A stretch of 54,993 nucleotides of DNA, from positions 1 to 54,993 of IMG/VR virus record IMGVR_UViG_2923302340_000009; one strand, given 5' to 3'. Under the pieces are notes generated by a model. The model was not told where the DNA came from. It did not search any database and saw only the letters and a list, made by a program, of their open reading frames with translations. The DNA is from a virus (taxonomy: Duplodnaviria > Heunggongvirae > Uroviricota > Caudoviricetes). Each line of letters opens with the position of its first letter. The first letter of the stretch is position 1. The position numbers and the translations under genes were made by a program. Below, piece by piece: positions 1 through 11,050 of this stretch.

Positions 1-107
1 AAATTTAAAATCTATATTATCGTAACTTTTAAAGTTACAATTATATTGGATATTAGTGATATGGTTCCATTAATTAATAAGAGTTAAATTTAGCAATGTG
101 AAATTTC

Positions 108-134
108 TGATCAGGGTTGCTGCAACCCTGATCA
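108..134. repeat. 13-bp perfect inverted repeat (tgatcagggttgc / gcaaccctgatca) with 1-nt spacer in AT-rich non-coding DNA
   Basis: Palindrome read directly from sequence; no flanking T-tract, so function (operator or recombination site) unknown. Confidence 0.5.
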
Positions 135-365
135 ATCAACATCCAATTATCCAAGATATGTCTGATGCATCAGAAACTCCTGTTTATACCTAATTGAATA
201 TACTCCCATTTTTTTCATACTACCTAACAGAAATAGTGCGCAAGTAAGTTCTTAGCTTATTGTACATAAAGTAAGATAAAACTATGTCTACTTCTGGCAC
301 ATAGCACACCTAAAACAGTAGCGTGTAATCATGTAAGCTCGGTGTAAGGAGGAGCAAATCCTCTC

Positions 366-458
366 ATGCAAAAAATACATAAAATCAGTAATGGCTGGAA
401 ATTATTCAATACCCGAACTATCAAAGGTTCGCCAGCAAGCCGCAGTATTCCGCCATGA
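366..458 (+). CDS. small ORF (30 aa) with strong Shine-Dalgarno
   Basis: taaggaggag 6-10 nt upstream of ATG; ORF MQKIHKISNGWKLFNTRTIKGSPASRSIPP; no recognisable family. Confidence 0.25.
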   Translation: MQKIHKISNGWKLFNTRTIKGSPASRSIPP

Positions 459-475
459 CAAGTTGCTGCGACTTT

Positions 476-769
476 TTATGTTGAATGGATAAATACCCAG
501 ACCAGCAGACACGCCACCACCGGCACAGCAAAATCCATCAGGCTTGTCACATCCCATGCACGTGTATCAAAACCGCCCCACCACGGCATATTCATTCGCT
601 TGCCATGCCCGAACATTTCGATCCAGCGATATTCTGCCTGGGTGTGTTCACGCGCAATGAAGAACGTACAACCGGCTATCGCCCCGTAAGCCCAGTTCCC
701 GGTAAAAAGACCAATCAGTAGCTGCGCAGCCACAGCACAAAGCGCATGAAGAAAAGGTGTTATATCCAT
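476..769 (-). CDS. hypothetical small membrane protein
   Basis: Track ORF 476..784 begins with TTG; internal ATG (MDITPF...) preceded by AGGA; hydrophobic segments; family not recognised. Confidence 0.45.
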   Translation of the reverse strand: MDITPFLHALCAVAAQLLIGLFTGNWAYGAIAGCTFFIAREHTQAEYRWIEMFGHGKRMNMPWWGGFDTRAWDVTSLMDFAVPVVACLLVWVFIHST

Positions 770-781
770 TTTCATCCTACC

Positions 782-806
782 CAATAAAACGGGGCGCTCG
801 GCCCCT
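782..806 (-). terminator. putative rho-independent terminator downstream of tail-fibre gene
   Basis: GC hairpin ggggc-gctcg-gcccc followed on minus strand by GTTTTATTG. Confidence 0.4.
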
Positions 807-811
807 TAATA

Positions 812-1852
812 TTATTTAGACGCAAGCGCCGCATCAATTGCAGATAATCTTTGTCTTAATTCTGCGTTTTCTTCTTCCAGTGCTGTTATTCTGTCGTCTG
901 ACTCTCTGGCTACCTGAACAAGCAAGCCAGTAACACCAGAATAATCTACTGTGTAATAACGTTCACCTTCTTCACCTTCCGATCCGCTCGCACCGTCCTG
1001 ATATTTCATTGCGGAACCTACAACTTCTGGGATTGCTTCCAGAGCTTCCTGTGCAATGACACCAGCATAGGGCATACCGTTTTCTTTAAGCGTGTATGTA
1101 TAGCCGTTCATTTTACGGATGCGGTCGGTTGCATTATCGATCACCTGAATGTTGTCTTTCAGATCCCGGTCGGAATGCTGGTTAAATGCGGTGGCATGAC
1201 ATGCACCATTAACGCTTAACATATAGGTGTTATCGGTATTTTTCTGCGCATAGAACATATAAGCGCCACCATCAACACCGACTTCATAAACAACAGGACG
1301 GCTGGAGTTGCCCCACAATTGAGCAGTAACACCAGCATAAGCGGTTCCCTGTGTGTTTAATGTCATGGTTGACCCATGATTGGCATATTTGATCTGTAAT
1401 GTGTCGGTGTAATCAAATTTAATAAGCGCGTTACTTCCACGCTTGCTGTATGACATAAGGCAGTTACCCATTTTGAGGTATCCGCTGTCACCGGGAAAAA
1501 TCATCGTACCGCCATAAAGGTTGGTAAAGTCCCAGCAAATGTTTGTCCCGTTATCGTTCAGGTTAAGGCGCGCCATTGCGTTACCTGGGCTGTCTATCCA
1601 TTTTTTGAGGTATAGCTCGCAATACGCATCCTCAACACCTGCCGTCCTGTGAGTTGAGCGGAGTTTTCTCCCAAATATAGCTCCGCTAGTTGGCAATACC
1701 TGCTGATACCATGAAGCAGACCAGTCACCAACGATTTCATCTTTGCTGTCTACATATAATTTTGTTGCGTAGCTTCCTTGATCGTTTTTTAATTTGCTAA
1801 CGTCGGATTTTAGCGTTTTGATGTCATCAGGAATTACTGTCGATGTAGCCAT
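812..1852 (-). CDS. tail fibre/tailspike-like protein with C-terminal intramolecular-chaperone (peptidase S74-like) domain
   Basis: 346 aa; C-terminal HSDRDLKDNIQ...YAGVIAQEALEAIPEVV plus coiled-coil tail resembles auto-cleaving chaperone domains of phage fibres. Confidence 0.6.
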   Translation of the reverse strand: MATSTVIPDDIKTLKSDVSKLKNDQGSYATKLYVDSKDEIVGDWSASWYQQVLPTSGAIFGRKLRSTHRTAGVEDAYCELYLKKWIDSPGNAMARLNLNDNGTNICWDFTNLYGGTMIFPGDSGYLKMGNCLMSYSKRGSNALIKFDYTDTLQIKYANHGSTMTLNTQGTAYAGVTAQLWGNSSRPVVYEVGVDGGAYMFYAQKNTDNTYMLSVNGACHATAFNQHSDRDLKDNIQVIDNATDRIRKMNGYTYTLKENGMPYAGVIAQEALEAIPEVVGSAMKYQDGASGSEGEEGERYYTVDYSGVTGLLVQVARESDDRITALEEENAELRQRLSAIDAALASK

Positions 1853-1861
1853 TTTTCTTCC

Positions 1862-2143
1862 TCACATCCAGCCACGAAGTTGATGCTCAACAGCAACCAC
1901 GTATTCATCGAATAATGACGATATTTGCGAATCATTAATGATGCGCACGCTTACAAAATATCCGTCCTCCTTAACACATACCGGCTCGCCATCTTCAGTA
2001 AGTTCTCCGGTTTCTTTGTACACATTACCTATCACGTCAATAAGAATATCATCCTGCATCGACTCGTCATCATAATAGCCAATACTCTCCATAAAGGCCG
2101 AAAAGTCGGCCCTGTCGGCAAATTTGAGTGTTAAATCTTTCAT
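1862..2143 (-). CDS. hypothetical acidic protein in tail-fibre module
   Basis: 93-aa ORF between stf and downstream fibre gene, start overlaps stf stop; not a typical Tfa. Confidence 0.45.
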   Translation of the reverse strand: MKDLTLKFADRADFSAFMESIGYYDDESMQDDILIDVIGNVYKETGELTEDGEPVCVKEDGYFVSVRIINDSQISSLFDEYVVAVEHQLRGWM

Positions 2144-4515
2144 TAGATTGACTCCCCCACCTGAGCATCAGTCAATGCCTTGTGCCATATTCTGAAATTC
2201 CTGACATGACCAAATAAATGACGTAACCCGGCTGTAGTCTGGCCTCCAATACGGATAATTGCGGTGTTCTGAATACAGGACCATGTGGTTTTTGTTTCGC
2301 TGGATATATGCCCGTTACTTACTGAGCACGTAGACTGCTCTGACTTTACACGCATCCCCATAACCATTTTTTCAAGCGATGCGTTTTCGTTTACCCGTCT
2401 GTTAGCTCCTCCAATATCGCAATAAGGAAATCCGTCGTAATCTGTTGAACGACCGAAGCCAAGAATAATAGCCGCTCCGGTTTGATGACCGCCGGTATCA
2501 AAAACACGTGGCGCTGCATTTGGCGTTTTATACCAGTTCTTATGTACCTCACAAAGAACCGTAAAAGGAAGATTATAAAGATTATTCTTAATTGGAACTG
2601 TAACTATATCGCTTGCGCGGGTCGCCGCCGTCGCTCCTGATATAATAAAAGATGATACACAAGGCCCATCTTCTACTTGTGGGGTGGCCAGATAAATATA
2701 GTCACCAGATACGGTTGCCCCGCTCTGCTTAGGAGAATACTGTATCTGAGAGCCTATTTTTAACTCCCCATCAATTGCCTGAATTGTTGCCTCTGCAAAA
2801 ATCCATCCGGTAGCTTCGTCCTTTCTGACTCTCGCTGTAATTCTTGAGGCAGCACCGCCTGTCATATTAATTTCAAGCGTTTGTGTATCAATATACGCAT
2901 CACCAAGAAAAGTTGTTGCGCTACCGTCATATTTATCAAACCGGATACGCAACCTTACCTGCAGTTCTGTTTTAAAACGACATGAGGTTGTCACGTGTTT
3001 ATTATCGCCTGAGACATCAACTGACTTTGTTGCAGCAATTGATGCCATATTAATGGCTGAGGTTTGCCCAATCAGAGAATCGTTGCAGACAAACTTTCCA
3101 TAGGTAAAACCAAAATTATCCGTCCCTGTTTCGGGCACATCCATATTTGACGATCGCCCCCAACTGGCAGGGCTTTCCGAATTGAGCATGTAGTTTGTTC
3201 TTTGCCCCTCAATAAGCAGGCCATCACGTTCAAATCGTGGCTCGTCAATGGCAGCCTCTGTCAGCACACCAGATTTGTTAATATAGGTTGCTTTCGATGC
3301 ACGTTTAAACTTAACAATCTTGTCGCCAGGCATCGTTATTTCATCGTCACCAATAACAATTTTTTTATATGATGGCGAAAAGCCCGTAATCATATCCAGC
3401 GAATCGTTAAATGGTATCCACACATCAGGCAGCGGCTGTAAGACATATTTATACGGCTCCGCAGCCTGGCTTGCGTACTCTCTGGCTGCATCTTCGCTTG
3501 CTTTAGCTGCCGTCTGGCTTGCTGCCGATGCTTTCGCTGAGTTCGCAGCCGCTGTTTCGCTCACCTTTGCGTTGGTTTCACTGGTTTTTGCTGCTTTTTG
3601 ACTGTTAGCTGATGCAGTGGCAGAAGCAGCCGCCGCGCTTGCAGAACTGGCTGCGGCACTCTCGCTTTGGGCCGCTGCATCCTGACTGCTTTTCGCCGCA
3701 GTTTCACTGGCTTTGGCATTCGTTTCGCTGGTCTTCGCTGCCGTCTGGCTGGACTTTGCGTTAGTTTCACTCGTCTTCGCAGCTTTCTGGCTGTTAGCCG
3801 CAGCAGTTGCTGATCCAGCTGCTGAAGTCGCAGAACCGGCTGCCGCGCTCTCGCTTTGGGCTGCTGCAACCTGGCTGTTTTTTGCTGCAGTTTCACTGGC
3901 TTTAGCATTCGTTTCGCTGGTCTTCGCTGCCGTCTGGCTGGACTTTGCGTTGGTTTCGCTCGTCTTTGCGGCTGTCTCGCTATTTTTCGCGTTGGTTTCT
4001 GATTTTTTAGCTGCTGTTGCGGAGTTTGCCGATGCAGTCTGCGAGGCCGCTGCCGCCTGTGCGCTGTTAGCTGCATTCGTTTCTGAGGTTTTCGCCGCGT
4101 TCTTCGATGATGCCGCTGCAGTTTCGGATTTCTTTGCCGCCGCTGCGCTCTGAGAGGCGGCTTCAGCGTTGCGTGCCGCTTCTTCCACCATTTCCTCAAA
4201 ACGACGCAATGCCTCCGGCATGACATCATCCTCCGTCATGGCACCGAGAAAATCATTCAGCGTACCGGGTTGAGAATCTTCATACACGGTGATGGTCCCG
4301 GCATGTGACGGCGGGAATCCCTCCACCAACAGAATAACGCTGTACTGACCGTACTCAACGTCCATGCTGTAACGCCCGGCTTCATCCGGATTTTCTGAGG
4401 CCAGCGTGTTCACCACCACCGTGGTACTGTTACGTTTTGCTTTCAGCTGGATTGTGCAGTTCTGTACCGGTTTTCCTGTGCCGTCTTTCAGTACACCTGA
4501 AATCTTTACTGCCAT
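2143..4515 (-). CDS. stf: side tail fibre protein Stf (lambda-like N-terminus, Ala/Ser/Thr-rich repeats, distinct C-terminal domain)
   Basis: N-terminus MAVKISGVLKDGTGKPVQNCTIQLKA matches lambda Stf; track ORF starts at GTG 4521, ATG at 4515 matches lambda start. Confidence 0.85.
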   Translation of the reverse strand: MAVKISGVLKDGTGKPVQNCTIQLKAKRNSTTVVVNTLASENPDEAGRYSMDVEYGQYSVILLVEGFPPSHAGTITVYEDSQPGTLNDFLGAMTEDDVMPEALRRFEEMVEEAARNAEAASQSAAAAKKSETAAASSKNAAKTSETNAANSAQAAAASQTASANSATAAKKSETNAKNSETAAKTSETNAKSSQTAAKTSETNAKASETAAKNSQVAAAQSESAAAGSATSAAGSATAAANSQKAAKTSETNAKSSQTAAKTSETNAKASETAAKSSQDAAAQSESAAASSASAAAASATASANSQKAAKTSETNAKVSETAAANSAKASAASQTAAKASEDAAREYASQAAEPYKYVLQPLPDVWIPFNDSLDMITGFSPSYKKIVIGDDEITMPGDKIVKFKRASKATYINKSGVLTEAAIDEPRFERDGLLIEGQRTNYMLNSESPASWGRSSNMDVPETGTDNFGFTYGKFVCNDSLIGQTSAINMASIAATKSVDVSGDNKHVTTSCRFKTELQVRLRIRFDKYDGSATTFLGDAYIDTQTLEINMTGGAASRITARVRKDEATGWIFAEATIQAIDGELKIGSQIQYSPKQSGATVSGDYIYLATPQVEDGPCVSSFIISGATAATRASDIVTVPIKNNLYNLPFTVLCEVHKNWYKTPNAAPRVFDTGGHQTGAAIILGFGRSTDYDGFPYCDIGGANRRVNENASLEKMVMGMRVKSEQSTCSVSNGHISSETKTTWSCIQNTAIIRIGGQTTAGLRHLFGHVRNFRIWHKALTDAQVGESI

Positions 4516-4524
4516 ATTCACCCC

Positions 4525-4553
4525 ACAAAAAAGCCCGCCTGAACCGGCGGGCT
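4525..4553 (-). terminator. rho-independent terminator downstream of lom
   Basis: Hairpin gcccgcc-tgaacc-ggcgggc followed on minus strand by TTTTTT. Confidence 0.55.
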
Positions 4554-4579
4554 GTCATAACACTGTGTTACCTGGCTAA

Positions 4580-5179
4580 TCAGAATTTATAACCAACACC
4601 CACGATGAACCCGTCAGTGCGCCAGTCACCACTGCCAGAACCTTCATAAGCAATATCAATGGCCACGGATTCGGTCGGGTTAAACTGCACGCCAGCCCCC
4701 CACGCCAGAGACGTGTTGCTGTGGCGACCGTCATCACTTCCGGTCAGCACATCGTGCGTTTTCCCCTTGTTGTCAGTTACGCGAAGGTAATCCCCGGAAA
4801 AAGTCGAAACACGGCTGTAAGCCATACCCGCCATCGCATACGCGCTGAACCATTCATTCACGCGCACAGACGGCCCCGCCATCACGCTGAACCAGCGGTT
4901 ACGCACGGAATCTTCATGCCAGCGGGTATCGCTGTAACGGGTCAGCTGGCGATTCTTGTCTCCTGCATAGCTGAATGACGTCACCAGCCCCAGCGTATCC
5001 GTAAACTCATAACGGTATTTCACGTTAATCCCGTTCAGATCATCACTGCCGGGAACGTTGGTCCGGGCATGAAGATACCCCGCGCTCAGCGTGGACTGAT
5101 GTTCAGATGCCCATGCAGGCGCACCGGATACGGCCAGACAAATGGCTGCGGACAAAATGGCGGCATAAAGTTTACGCAT
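4580..5179 (-). CDS. lom: Lom outer membrane protein (Ail/Lom family)
   Basis: Signal peptide; C-terminus IAYEGSGSGDWRTDGFIVGVGYKF identical to lambda Lom. Confidence 0.9.
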   Translation of the reverse strand: MRKLYAAILSAAICLAVSGAPAWASEHQSTLSAGYLHARTNVPGSDDLNGINVKYRYEFTDTLGLVTSFSYAGDKNRQLTRYSDTRWHEDSVRNRWFSVMAGPSVRVNEWFSAYAMAGMAYSRVSTFSGDYLRVTDNKGKTHDVLTGSDDGRHSNTSLAWGAGVQFNPTESVAIDIAYEGSGSGDWRTDGFIVGVGYKF

Positions 5180-5200
5180 AATTACCTCTCGCTTTTCTGC

Positions 5201-5228
5201 AATAAAAAAGGCGTCATTTCTGACGCCC
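5201..5228 (-). terminator. rho-independent terminator downstream of J
   Basis: Hairpin ggcgtca-tttc-tgacgcc followed on minus strand by TTTTTTATT. Confidence 0.5.
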
Positions 5229-5245
5229 GTTCTGGGTTATAAAAT

Positions 5246-8647
<3,402 letters not shown>

Positions 8648-8704
8648 TCACGCTCCATAAATGACAAAACCGCCCGCAGGCGGTTTCACATAAAACATTT
8701 TGCA

Positions 8705-9376
8705 TCAGCGACCAATCACCACAACCTGACCACCGTCCCCTTCGTCTGCCGTGCTGATCTCCTGAGAAACCACACGTGATCCCACGCGCATTTCACCGTA
8801 CAGAACGGGCAGAACATTGCCCTGGGCAACCATGTTATCCAGTGAGGAGAAATAGGTGTTTTGTTTGCCGTTATCCGTTGTCTGTGTACGGGGAGTTCTG
8901 GCTTTCGGTGCCAGCATCTGGGCCACACCACCGAGCACCATACTGGCACCGAGAGAAAACAGGATGCCGGTCATACCACCGGCCCCAATGGCTGCCCCCC
9001 ACGCTGCAAGGGTGGCTCCGGCAGTAAAGAATGATCCGGCAATGGCGGCTGCTCCCAGGACAATCTGGAATACGCCACCTGACTTGGCCCCGGCGACTCT
9101 GGGAACAATATGAATCACAGCGCCATCAGGCAGAGTCTCATGTAACTGCGCCGTTAACCCGGACGTGCTGACATCCCGCCCGGCAATCCGTACCTGATAC
9201 CAGCCGTCGCTCAGTTTCTGACGAAACGCCGGGAGCTGTGTGGCCAGTGCGCGGATGGCTTCAGCCCCCGTTTTCACACGAAGGTCGATGCGGCGGCCAA
9301 ATCGTTGCAAATCCCCGTAAAGGCAGATGCGCGCCATGCCCGGTGACGCCAGAGGGAGTGTGTGCGTCGCTGCCAT
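8705..9376 (-). CDS. I: tail assembly protein I
   Basis: 223 aa, matches lambda gpI; overlaps K as in lambda. Confidence 0.9.
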   Translation of the reverse strand: MAATHTLPLASPGMARICLYGDLQRFGRRIDLRVKTGAEAIRALATQLPAFRQKLSDGWYQVRIAGRDVSTSGLTAQLHETLPDGAVIHIVPRVAGAKSGGVFQIVLGAAAIAGSFFTAGATLAAWGAAIGAGGMTGILFSLGASMVLGGVAQMLAPKARTPRTQTTDNGKQNTYFSSLDNMVAQGNVLPVLYGEMRVGSRVVSQEISTADEGDGGQVVVIGR

Positions 9377-10017
9377 TTGTCGGTATACCTCTCTCGTTTG
9401 CTCAGTTGTTCAGGAATATGGTGCAGCAGCTCGCCATCACCACAGTAAATGGCGGCATGATTCGGCACCGATGAACCAAAACAGCACAGCAGCACATCGC
9501 CCAGTTGTGCTGATGACAACGGCACCTGATACAGCCCTGTGGCCTCCAGATTATCCAGATAGAGATTCTGACCGTGACGCCACCAGTCATCCCCGCGATG
9601 AAAATCCGGCATCTCAATCCCCGCCAGATGATAAGCATCCCGGAACAGCGTGTAACAGTCCGTCACCCCGTGCTCAAAGCGCCGCCCGGTGAGATGCGGC
9701 ACACAGCGGAACTTATGAATCGTCCCCCGGCAGACCAGCCACCACGGCAAATCACTCTGCACCTGCAGCCGCCGGTCGGCCTCACTCAGCCAGGGCAGAC
9801 CACCGGGGTGGCTGTGGACCAGCGCCACAATCTCACCCTGCATTTCTGCCTGCAGCCAGTCTTCCGGCGACATACGGAAATACGCCTCCGGCTCACCGGA
9901 GATATTCACGCAGGGGAAATATCTTTCCCCCTCCGGCGTGCTTACCACGAAGCCGCACGACTCCGCTGGCGCACATCGCCGGGCGTGCGCCAGAATCGCT
10001 GATTCTGTCTGTGTCAT
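9274..10017 (-). CDS. K: tail assembly protein K (JAMM/MPN and NlpC/P60 motifs)
   Basis: HSHPGG JAMM motif; matches lambda gpK; start may be the internal Met giving the 199-aa form. Confidence 0.85.
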   Translation of the reverse strand: MTQTESAILAHARRCAPAESCGFVVSTPEGERYFPCVNISGEPEAYFRMSPEDWLQAEMQGEIVALVHSHPGGLPWLSEADRRLQVQSDLPWWLVCRGTIHKFRCVPHLTGRRFEHGVTDCYTLFRDAYHLAGIEMPDFHRGDDWWRHGQNLYLDNLEATGLYQVPLSSAQLGDVLLCCFGSSVPNHAAIYCGDGELLHHIPEQLSKRERYTDKWQRRTHSLWRHRAWRASAFTGICNDLAAASTFV

Positions 10018-10022
10018 GGGAT

Positions 10023-10721
10023 TTACTGCGAAAGTTTGTTAATGGAAAGGAAGCCGCCAAAGTTGCCGACGTTATTGCGGAACTTACAACCGCTCAGGCA
10101 TTTGCTGCATTTATCCTTCGTGATATCGGACGTTGGCTGGTCATATTCATCCGCGACCGCCGGACCGTGATAACCGCACTCATCGCCGCGATAGGTCCAG
10201 GTGCAGGTGTTGGCCAGCATGATACGTCCCGGAAAAACAGCGCCGTCCGTTTCCGTCGGCGTGGACAGTACAAAAGAGGCACTCACCGCGCTCAGTTCGC
10301 TGCACTGCTCAATGCGCCAGCGGCTGATCACCTCCTGCTCCGGATCGGCGTCACTGTTTCCGTTGACGAAGTTCACCGCATCCAGAAAACGGGCGTAAAC
10401 CTTACGCCGGACCACCGTTCCGCCGACCAGACTCTGCAGATCTTCCGCCATCCCGGTGACCATACCGTACAGGTTAGAAACCGTCAGCGTGGGGCGCGTA
10501 CTGGTGCCTTTGCCATTCAGTTCAAAACCACTCCCCTGAATGGGATACGGCTGATACTGTCGCCCCTGCCAGGTGACCGGCTCACCTTTTTCGTTCTGCT
10601 CATTACAGAAAAAATAACGTTCTCCACCGACCTCTGTCAGATCGATTTCCCAGAGCACCACGCTGGCAGACTGCTCCGCACGGGTGCATTCATTCAGTGT
10701 TTCCTGCCGGATATCCTGCAT
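10023..10721 (-). CDS. L: tail tip assembly protein L
   Basis: 232 aa, matches lambda gpL. Confidence 0.9.
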   Translation of the reverse strand: MQDIRQETLNECTRAEQSASVVLWEIDLTEVGGERYFFCNEQNEKGEPVTWQGRQYQPYPIQGSGFELNGKGTSTRPTLTVSNLYGMVTGMAEDLQSLVGGTVVRRKVYARFLDAVNFVNGNSDADPEQEVISRWRIEQCSELSAVSASFVLSTPTETDGAVFPGRIMLANTCTWTYRGDECGYHGPAVADEYDQPTSDITKDKCSKCLSGCKFRNNVGNFGGFLSINKLSQ

Positions 10722-11050
10722 CAGTTCACCACCTGTTCAAACTCTGCGCTGAACTCAACACGCAGCATACTGACCCGCGACGACCATTTTGCGCAGGTCA
10801 CCTTTATCTGCCGCCACTCATAAGGCGGCGTCCACAGAAAGGATTTCCAGCCCCCGTGCTCAGCCAGAAACGACTCAAGCGCCGTGGCCTCCCAACGGGG
10901 AACAGAAAGCGTCACGCTGTACGTTTTCAGGTCGGCATTCAGCCCGGCAGGCGCTCGCTGGGAATAGCCATCACCAAAGCGCACCTTTCTTACGGAAGGG
11001 GCCGAAGCCACATCCATACCGGGTTTCACTTTCCAGCGGAAGGTTTTCAT
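10721..11050 (-). CDS. M: minor tail protein M
   Basis: 109 aa, matches lambda gpM. Confidence 0.9.
   Translation of the reverse strand: MKTFRWKVKPGMDVASAPSVRKVRFGDGYSQRAPAGLNADLKTYSVTLSVPRWEATALESFLAEHGGWKSFLWTPPYEWRQIKVTCAKWSSRVSMLRVEFSAEFEQVVN

Noticed and set aside
3320-4229. Overlapping ORFs on both strands inside the Stf repeat tract (3320..3601, 3561..4229, 3713..4153)
   Set aside because: They are generated by the periodic Ala/Ser/Thr-coding repeat of Stf; low-complexity translations.
9274-10017. Treating the 247-aa K ORF as over-extended
   Set aside because: I remember a 199-aa gpK annotation, but the ORF starts right after L's stop and the extra N-terminal residues plausibly belong to the MPN fold, so the full ORF is kept with the start flagged as uncertain.
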